DNA of 62,839 nt from Phycisphaerales bacterium (lineage in GTDB: Bacteria > Planctomycetota > Phycisphaerae > Phycisphaerales > SM1A02), in assembly GCA_013003065.1 (NCBI GenBank), contig JABDLI010000179.1, positions 1 through 62,839 on the forward strand, given 5' to 3'. Under the pieces are notes generated by a model. It was not told the DNA's origin, did no database searches, and saw only the letters and a list, made by a program, of their open reading frames with translations. Each line of letters starts with the position of its first letter. Position 1 is the stretch's first letter. Below, in pieces: positions 17,586 through 24,380 of the stretch. Both the position numbers and the translations under genes were made by a program.

Positions 17586-18273
17586 GGGCGTCGTCCGGCT
17601 CGGTGTCGGCACCCGCATCCGCCCGCGTCGATCCCGGCAACCCGTCCCGCAACGAGATGCTGAACGCGAGCTGCTCGAGCGAGACGCTCAGGTCGACGCT
17701 CACGATCGCAACGTCTTTGGCCACCGTGAGACGGGCGGGCGCGAAATTGAGGATGCCCTGCACCCCCGCGTCCATCAACGCGTCGGCGACCGCTTGGGCC
17801 GACTCCGCCGGAACGGCAATCAGGCCGATTCGCGCATCGGAGCGGCGCACAACCGCGGCGAGCTGCTCCACCGGCTGAACGGTGGTCTCGGCGATTCGTG
17901 TCCCGACGAGCGTCGGATCGGCGTCGAAGATCGCCACGACATCGAACCCGCGACGCCGGAGACGCCCGTAACTCATCAGGGCCCGACCGATGTTGCCGGC
18001 CCCCACGATGACCGCCCGCCAGCGGTGATCGACCCCGAGGATCCGCCGCAAGGCGGTGATGAGCTCTTCGACGTCATATCCGATGCCCGGGTGTCCGAAC
18101 TGCCCGAAGTAGGCCAGGTCCTTGCGCACCTGGGCGTCCGTGAGGTCCAGCACTTTCCCGAGCTGACGCGAGTTGATGCGATGTTCGCCGCCGGTCAGAC
18201 GCCCTTCCAACTCGCGGAGGTACAGGCTCAGCCGTTTGATCGTGGGGCGGGGGATCTTGCCGCGTGCTGGCAT
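17581..18273 (-). CDS. rex: redox-sensing transcriptional repressor Rex
   Basis: IPRPTIKRLSLYLRELE (wHTH), then a Rossmann fold VIVGAGNIGRAL. The internal ATG at 18273 of track ORF 17581..18309 was chosen as the start. Confidence 0.88.
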   Translation of the reverse strand: MPARGKIPRPTIKRLSLYLRELEGRLTGGEHRINSRQLGKVLDLTDAQVRKDLAYFGQFGHPGIGYDVEELITALRRILGVDHRWRAVIVGAGNIGRALMSYGRLRRRGFDVVAIFDADPTLVGTRIAETTVQPVEQLAAVVRRSDARIGLIAVPAESAQAVADALMDAGVQGILNFAPARLTVAKDVAIVSVDLSVSLEQLAFSISLRDGLPGSTRADAGADTEPDDAR

Positions 18274-18404
18274 GGGGCGGCGCGCTCCTGCGGGGCGGCT
18301 CGACGCCACGCTCCGCGGCGGTCAGTGTAATCTCGATTGGAGCCAACCGCGCCTTCGTCTACCATTTGATGTGCGCCCGACGCCCCGCTCACCCCGGATC
18401 CCCC

Positions 18405-19319
18405 ATGCACGTCAACGAGATCTTCGAACGCGACTCGACCACCTTCAGCTTCGAGTTCTTCCCCCCGAAGAGCGATGAGGCGTGGGGGCTGCTCTTCGAA
18501 CGCATCCGCGTCTTCAAGCGGCTGGCGCCGTCCTTCGTGTCGGTCACCTATGGCGCGGGCGGGTCCACACGCGAGCAGACGCACGACCTCGTCGTCCGTC
18601 TGCACGAAGAGGCCGGACTCGACGCCGTGCCCCACCTCACCTGCGTGTGTCACCGGGAGGCGGAGATCGACGGGGTCCTGCGGCGGTACGCGGACGCCGG
18701 CATCAGCAACATCCTCGCCTTGCACGGTGACCCGCCCCGCGGCATGGTCGGGTACGACCGGAGCCAAGACGACTTCAAGTACGCCGCCGATCTCGTTCGG
18801 CACATTCGGGTCTTCAACGAACGCGGTGAGCACCCACATCCAAAGGGCTTCGGGGTCGGCGTCGCGGGCTTTCCGGAAGGGCACCCCGAAACGCTCAACC
18901 GTTTGCGTGAGATGGAGTACCTCAAGGCGAAGGTCGATGCCGGCGCGGACTACGTGTGCACGCAAATGTTCTTCGACAACAACGAGTTCTACGACTGGCG
19001 CGAGCGGTGCGAGCTGGCCGGTATCGACGTGCCGCTCATCGCCGGGATCATGCCGATCGCCTCGTTGCGGAACATGGAGCGGATGGCGGAGCTCTCGGGC
19101 GGGACGCGGTTTCCCGCCAAGCTCCTGAAGGGCATCTACAAACGCCAGGACGATCCGGAAGCCGTCGCCCAGTTCGGCGTGCTGTGGGCCACCGAACAGT
19201 GCCGCGACCTGCTCGATCACGATGTCCGGGGCATCCACTTCTACACGCTCAATCGCTCCGACGCGACGCGGCGGATCTTCGAGACCCTCGGTGCGAAGGA
19301 TTCGACCGCGCTGCGCTGA
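18405..19319 (+). CDS. metF: methylenetetrahydrofolate reductase
   Basis: FSFEFFPPKSDE...SVTYGAGGSTR...HLTCV are MTHFR hallmarks. An in-frame ATG at 18369 is an alternative start. Confidence 0.88.
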   Translation: MHVNEIFERDSTTFSFEFFPPKSDEAWGLLFERIRVFKRLAPSFVSVTYGAGGSTREQTHDLVVRLHEEAGLDAVPHLTCVCHREAEIDGVLRRYADAGISNILALHGDPPRGMVGYDRSQDDFKYAADLVRHIRVFNERGEHPHPKGFGVGVAGFPEGHPETLNRLREMEYLKAKVDAGADYVCTQMFFDNNEFYDWRERCELAGIDVPLIAGIMPIASLRNMERMAELSGGTRFPAKLLKGIYKRQDDPEAVAQFGVLWATEQCRDLLDHDVRGIHFYTLNRSDATRRIFETLGAKDSTALR

Positions 19320-19368
19320 GTCGAGGGGTGGACGCGAGAGGGCGGCTCGTGACGTTTTCGCCTCGTCC

Positions 19369-19397
19369 TTGCGGGGCTCCGGAGCGGCCCCTATCCT
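19369..19397 (+). promoter_or_regulatory. sigma70-like promoter TTGCGG-N17-TATCCT, 7 nt upstream of ATG 19405 (leaderless candidate)
   Basis: It has the same CCCCTATCCT box and the same spacing as the yggS promoter. Confidence 0.45.
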
Positions 19398-19404
19398 TCA
19401 TCGC

Positions 19405-19635
19405 ATGCGACGGATCCGAAGAATCCTCGGGCGACACGCGACGATCGGCCGCCGGCTGCTCCCGCTGCTCGCGTGGTTGACCCCGGCGGTGGCCTTCGCG
19501 CAGGAAACCGCGCCGCCACAGCCGAGCCTCGGTCGGTACCCCGCGATCTGGGTCGGGTACCTCGTGATCATGGTGCTGCTCGCCATCGTGGTTGCCGTCA
19601 GCCTCATGCCGAGCAAACGAGGCCACCAGGACTAG
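19405..19635 (+). CDS. small membrane protein (signal peptide plus C-terminal TM), function unknown
   Basis: 76 aa: MRRIRRILG..LLPLLAWLTPAVAFAQE...IWVGYLVIMVLLAIVVAVSLM. It has a leaderless-type promoter. The reading frame is the 3' part of track ORF 19222..19635. Confidence 0.5.
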   Translation: MRRIRRILGRHATIGRRLLPLLAWLTPAVAFAQETAPPQPSLGRYPAIWVGYLVIMVLLAIVVAVSLMPSKRGHQD

Positions 19636-19697
19636 CCCATTCAGGGCGATCCCGCCCGGGCGACCCCTCCGGCCAAACCCCCGCCAGGAGCCACCCC

Positions 19698-20015
19698 ATG
19701 ACGTCGACGACGACACGAACGCACGGCCGAACGCGACTTCGCGCCTTGCTTGTCCTGAACGGGTGCCTGCTGCTGTTGCTCGGCATCGTTTCGTTCAGCC
19801 CTCCGGCCGATGCCCAGTATCGCGTCCGCGGGAAGTACATGATGGCCGCCGGCGGCATCAACGGGTCCATCAGCGACGCCGTGTACATACTCGACACGAC
19901 CAACCGCGAGCTCATCGCGTTGACGTACGAGCCGAGCACGAAGGAGCTGATCGGCATCGGGTACCGCAACCTCGTCTCCGATACGGCCAACGTTCGATCT
20001 GGAATCAACCGGTGA
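19698..20015 (+). CDS. small N-terminally anchored protein, paralogue of the next ORF
   Basis: 105 aa. AGGAG lies 7 nt upstream of ATG 19698. It has a TM/signal segment LRALLVLNGCLLLLLGIVSF, then YILDTTNRELIALTYEPSTKELIGIGYRNL. Confidence 0.55.
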   Translation: MTSTTTRTHGRTRLRALLVLNGCLLLLLGIVSFSPPADAQYRVRGKYMMAAGGINGSISDAVYILDTTNRELIALTYEPSTKELIGIGYRNLVSDTANVRSGINR

Positions 20016-20365
20016 TGGAGGGGCCCACCATGGACAGCCGAACGCGCAGTCGAACATCGATCAACCCGGCCTCCGCCATCCTCTGGACGTGTGCGTTCGC
20101 GCTCGCAGCGCTCGTGATCGTGCAAGCGGGCAAGCTGCCCGGCAACCCGGCCTACGCCGAGATGGGTGTCGAGAGCGAGGGGTTCACGCTGGTGACCGCC
20201 AGCTCCGGTCGTGGGGATGATGCCGATCCGTACGAGCTCCTGTACGTTCTCGACAGTCGAGATGAAGTGCTTCTCGTCTACGAGATCGAGGATGCCCGCC
20301 AGAAGCAGGTCGTGTTTCGGTACGGGCACTTCCTTCCCGCCTGGTTCCGGACGGCGCGACGCTGA
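20015..20365 (+). CDS. small N-terminally anchored protein, paralogue of the previous ORF
   Basis: 116 aa. The start overlaps the preceding stop (TGATG). It has a TM segment ILWTCAFALAALVIV, then YVLDSRDEVLLVYEIEDARQKQVVFRYGHFL, which aligns with the preceding protein. Confidence 0.55.
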   Translation: MEGPTMDSRTRSRTSINPASAILWTCAFALAALVIVQAGKLPGNPAYAEMGVESEGFTLVTASSGRGDDADPYELLYVLDSRDEVLLVYEIEDARQKQVVFRYGHFLPAWFRTARR

Positions 20366-20373
20366 TCGAATCG

Positions 20374-22320
20374 GTGAATGCGTTTGCTCCCGACGCTGCC
20401 GATGCCTGGCTGTCGCGGGAGTTCCTGCTGACCGACGGGCTCGGGGGCTCGACGCTCCTCTCGCCGATCGGTGCGTGCACCCGTCGCTACCACGGTCTCC
20501 TCGTCGCCGCCGCGTGTCCTCCGGTCGGACGGCGGGTCGTCCTCAAGACGCTCATCGAGCGATTCGAGCCCGCGCACGACCCGCCGGTCGAGCTGTCCAC
20601 GCATGAGTTCGGCCCCGACCGGCTCCGCCATCCCGACGGGTGGCGTGCGCTCGCATCGTTCGAGCTGATGCCGCCCCACGCTTGCGTGTGGACGTACCGG
20701 CTGCGCGAAGGGGTGCTGCGTCGACACGTGGAACGCGACCGGGGCCGCGCGCGGGTGACGGTCACGTACGCGTTGACGGGCGCGGCCACCTCCGGTCGGC
20801 TCGTCCTCCGCCCGATCACGCCAATGCGTGGCGTTCACGAAGTCGCGAGCGATCCGGTGGAGGCGCGGTTGCTCGACGCGCGCACGCTCGAGGTCGCTTC
20901 GCCCGCCGGCGTCGCGCGACTCATCCACGACGGTGACGGCGTCTGGCAGATCGAGCCGGAACGCTGGCGCGACTTCCACCACCGCCTGGATGCGGAACGG
21001 GGCTTCTTCGAGCGGGAGGACGCGTTCTGCCCCGGGCGGTTGCAGGCGGTCATCGCCCCGGACGTCCCGCTGACGCTGACCTGCGAGCTCCTCGGGGCGT
21101 CGCCCCCGCGGTCCGTCGTCACCGGCCTCGGCCCGCCGCCGACGTGCGCTCCGCGCGCGGCCGCCGATCAGTTCGTGACGCTCCGACGCGACGGTGAACG
21201 GTGGACGACGACGATCATGGCCGGGTACCCCTGGTTCGCCGACTGGGGTCGCGACGCGATGATCAGTCTGCCGGGGTTGCTGCTGGAAACGGGCCGGTAC
21301 GACGCCGCCCGGTCCGTGCTCGAGACCTTCGCGTCCCACGAGCGGGACGGATTGCTTCCAAACTGCTTCCTCGACGATCGACCGACGCAGTACAACGCCG
21401 CGGACGCGCCCCTCTGGTTCGTCCACGCCTTGTGGGCGTATGCTCGCGTCAGCGGCGACGATGCGATCGATCCGTTGCTCGACACCGCCCGGGCCATCGT
21501 CGCGGCCTACCGGCGTGGCACCGATTTCGACATCGGTTGCGACGACGATGGGCTCGTGAACGCCGGGGACGGGTCGGTGCCGTTGACGTGGATGGACGCC
21601 TACCGCGACGGCGTCGCCATGACGCCGCGGGCGGGCAAGCCCGTCGAGCTGAGCGCACTGTGGTATCACGCCCTGAACGCCCTGGCCGAGCTGGTTCCCG
21701 GCGACGCCGAGCGTCGCGATCTGGAGCGGCAGGCCCGCCGAACCCGCGGGAGCTTCGCACGATTCTGGTGGCCCGAGCGACGGTGCCTCTGCGACGGTCT
21801 CGGATCCGCGGGACCCGACACGACGCTCAGGCCGAACCAGCTCTTCGCCGTCGGTCTGCCGCACTCGCCCCTCGACGCCGCCCAGCAGCGTGGCGTGGTC
21901 GACGTCGTCGAGCGGATGCTCCTGACCCCGTACGGCCTCCGCACGCTCGCCCCGGACGATCCGCGCTACGTCGGGCGGTTCGAGGGCGACCTGTGGCAAC
22001 GGGACCAGGCCTATCACAACGGCACGGTGTGGCCGTGGCTCATCGGTGTCTACGTCGACGCCGTCCTGCGGGTCGCCGGCAAGGCCGGGCGGCAACGGGC
22101 CGCGGCGGCGCTCGCGCCGCTGCTCGCCACGCAGGCGGAGGGGATGGGGCAGATCGCCGAGGTCTACGACGGTGACGCTCCCCACCGGCCGGGGGGCTGT
22201 CCGGCCCAGGCGTGGTCGGTGGCCGAGGTCAACCGTGCGCAGGCGACCATCACGACGACGCAGAAAAAAAACGCGGGCCCGCGAAGCGAACTTCGCGGGC
22301 CCGGCGTCGGTTCCGAGTGA
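20374..22320 (+). CDS. glycogen debranching enzyme family protein (amylo-alpha-1,6-glucosidase type)
   Basis: A 648-aa protein with the N-terminal GDE-type domain and a C-terminal (alpha/alpha)6 domain (GYPWFADWGRDAMISLPGLLL..., YHNGTVWPWLIG, AQAWSVAEV). The last ~20 codons run through the terminator of the convergent gene. Confidence 0.8.
   Translation: MNAFAPDAADAWLSREFLLTDGLGGSTLLSPIGACTRRYHGLLVAAACPPVGRRVVLKTLIERFEPAHDPPVELSTHEFGPDRLRHPDGWRALASFELMPPHACVWTYRLREGVLRRHVERDRGRARVTVTYALTGAATSGRLVLRPITPMRGVHEVASDPVEARLLDARTLEVASPAGVARLIHDGDGVWQIEPERWRDFHHRLDAERGFFEREDAFCPGRLQAVIAPDVPLTLTCELLGASPPRSVVTGLGPPPTCAPRAAADQFVTLRRDGERWTTTIMAGYPWFADWGRDAMISLPGLLLETGRYDAARSVLETFASHERDGLLPNCFLDDRPTQYNAADAPLWFVHALWAYARVSGDDAIDPLLDTARAIVAAYRRGTDFDIGCDDDGLVNAGDGSVPLTWMDAYRDGVAMTPRAGKPVELSALWYHALNALAELVPGDAERRDLERQARRTRGSFARFWWPERRCLCDGLGSAGPDTTLRPNQLFAVGLPHSPLDAAQQRGVVDVVERMLLTPYGLRTLAPDDPRYVGRFEGDLWQRDQAYHNGTVWPWLIGVYVDAVLRVAGKAGRQRAAAALAPLLATQAEGMGQIAEVYDGDAPHRPGGCPAQAWSVAEVNRAQATITTTQKKNAGPRSELRGPGVGSE
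22262..22303 (-). terminator. rho-independent terminator of the coiled-coil gene (minus strand)
   Basis: A 13-bp stem (GGGCCCGCGAAG/CTTCGCGGGCCC plus one C-G pair) with a CGAA/TTCG loop, followed on the minus strand by T8. Confidence 0.75.
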
Positions 22321-22331
22321 GGCTCGGTGGC

Positions 22332-23264
22332 TTACTCGATCACGATCGGTCCGAGGAAGGCGACCGACTTGTCCTCGACCGTCGGCTCGTCTTCGTCGAT
22401 CTCGATCTCCTGGAGGGTTCCGAAGGGAGAGACCGCGTCACCTTCGCTGTCGAGCTCGAAGGCAGCCTGGGCTTCGTAGTCGTCCCGGATGCCGCTCTTG
22501 GCGAGCGTCTGAAGCTGGGACTCCTGGATCGCCCGGATCTCGGCCAGCTTGGCTTCGATCTGCTTGAGGTTCTGGACCTTGCCGAAGCGGTCGTAGCTGT
22601 CCAGCGTGGCCTGCTGAGCTTCGGTCAGCTCGATCAGACGCTCGTTCCGTTGGATGGCGTCGATCTGCCGGTCAAGCTGCCAGAGCTGTCCCTGGTAGGT
22701 GTCGTACTCTTCCTCGAGCTTGGTGAGGATCTCGGTGAGCCGGCCCTTCTGCTCGTGGAGGAACTTCAGCTGGACGTTGTCGTGCGCCAGGCGATCCTGG
22801 TAGTTGCCGCGGACGTTGTTGATCCGCCGTCCTTCGGTGTAGGCCTCCTCGAGATCGAAACGCACGCCCCCGTAGCGGATCGCGACGGGACGAGCCGACG
22901 TCGCGGCTTCGGCCTCGGCGCGGGCCACGAGCGTCTTCAGCTCGCTCAAATCTTCGGTCGTCATCGCGACGACCCGCGTGGCGATCTCGACGTCCCGCTC
23001 GAATTGGCTGATCTGGTGATCGACCTCGGCGACCTCGCCGCGCACTTCGGCGATGCGATCGGGATACTGGTCCGCCAGCTGCTCGAGCTGGTGACGAAGG
23101 GCGATCGGGTCATCGACGACATGATCGACGACGTTCTGGGCTTTGGTGCGGACCTGCGAGAGGCCGGCCATCATGCGATCCGGACCCACCAGCGCGGTGA
23201 CGCCACCAAGAGCCAGGGTGCCAAGCAGGCCGTATCGCAATACGCAACGGGTGATGCAGCTCAT
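22332..23264 (-). CDS. membrane-anchored coiled-coil protein (possibly PspA/IM30-like)
   Basis: AAAGGAG lies upstream of ATG 23264. An N-terminal hydrophobic segment (VLRYGLLGTLALGGVTALV) is followed by ~250 aa of heptad-like E/Q/R/L-rich sequence and an acidic tail. The resemblance to PspA is weak. Confidence 0.6.
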   Translation of the reverse strand: MSCITRCVLRYGLLGTLALGGVTALVGPDRMMAGLSQVRTKAQNVVDHVVDDPIALRHQLEQLADQYPDRIAEVRGEVAEVDHQISQFERDVEIATRVVAMTTEDLSELKTLVARAEAEAATSARPVAIRYGGVRFDLEEAYTEGRRINNVRGNYQDRLAHDNVQLKFLHEQKGRLTEILTKLEEEYDTYQGQLWQLDRQIDAIQRNERLIELTEAQQATLDSYDRFGKVQNLKQIEAKLAEIRAIQESQLQTLAKSGIRDDYEAQAAFELDSEGDAVSPFGTLQEIEIDEDEPTVEDKSVAFLGPIVIE

Positions 23265-23586
23265 GGTTGCTCCTTTCGTGATCAGCCGACCAAGCGACTG
23301 ATTTCGTGCTTGCCTTTGGTCGCGGCCGCCGGGGGCCGCCGACTCCACAGCATCCTTGGGAGGGGGGCCGGAGCGGTTTCAGGCCCTGTGGCCGGAAGCG
23401 GGGCTCCCGCCCCCGCCAGCCCGCGTCGGGCCCCTTCGAGGTCCCGAAAAGAGGCAGCCGGGACGCTTCCGGCCCCCAGGAGCGTCGTAGACTTGGGTTG
23501 GCAGGAATCGGCGGGCCCGCGGGGGGCATGCGGCCGGCCTGCGGGGCCCTGAAAGGGCCACCGGCTCGAACCGTACAAGGGGTGCC

Positions 23587-24360
23587 GTGATGAATACGCT
23601 GACCACTTCGTTCGTGCGCCGACTCCGCGAGCGCGACGAGTCGGCGTGGTTCGAGCTGTGGGAGATCTTCGGCCCCGTCCTTCGGGCCCAGCTCACGAAG
23701 TGGGGGAGAGGCCGAATCGGTGTCGAGACCGTGCGTGACTTGACGCAAGAGACGCTTGCGGCGCTCTCAGGGTCGATCGATCGGTACGACCCCAACCGCG
23801 GGGCGCGGTTCAGCACCTGGCTGTTGTCGATCGCCAAGCACGCGCTCGGGGACGAGATCGACCGCCGGATGGCGCTCAAGCGAGGTGGCGGCACGAAACC
23901 GGCCGAGCTGGACGAGCGTTATATGGGCAGCGCGGCCGTGGTCGAGGCCGACGAGCGGTATCAACAGAACATCTTCCGGGCCAAGGTCTACGCCGCCATC
24001 CGCAAGACGGAGGGCGAGGCGGAGTTCATGCACTTTCAGGTGTACCGCATGCGGGTCTTCGATGGCGTGGCCGGTAAGAACGTCGCCGAGCAGCTCGGGG
24101 TCAGCGAGCCGACCGTGAGCCGCTATCTCCAGCGGGTTCGGGGTCTTCTTCGGAAGCGAGTGAGCGAGTTGGTTGCAACCTACAGCTTCACTCCCGAAGA
24201 AGTAGCTGAGGCGGAGCACGCCGGCCTCGGAGGCGAAGACGCGATGTTCGACGACGCATTGGGCGAGATCTACCACACCCAGTCCCGCCTCGTGCTCGAG
24301 GATGACGCCGGCGTCTCCGGTGCCTTCATCGACGACTTCTCCCCGCCCGAGCGGGGTTGA
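23587..24360 (+). CDS. ECF-type RNA polymerase sigma factor
   Basis: Region 2 (DLTQETLAAL...RFSTWLLSIAKHAL) and region 4 HTH (NVAEQLGVSEPTVSRYLQRVRGLLRKRV) are present. There is an extended C-terminal tail. Confidence 0.85.
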   Translation: MMNTLTTSFVRRLRERDESAWFELWEIFGPVLRAQLTKWGRGRIGVETVRDLTQETLAALSGSIDRYDPNRGARFSTWLLSIAKHALGDEIDRRMALKRGGGTKPAELDERYMGSAAVVEADERYQQNIFRAKVYAAIRKTEGEAEFMHFQVYRMRVFDGVAGKNVAEQLGVSEPTVSRYLQRVRGLLRKRVSELVATYSFTPEEVAEAEHAGLGGEDAMFDDALGEIYHTQSRLVLEDDAGVSGAFIDDFSPPERG

Positions 24361-24380
24361 TCGACTGAGGAGACGAAGCC

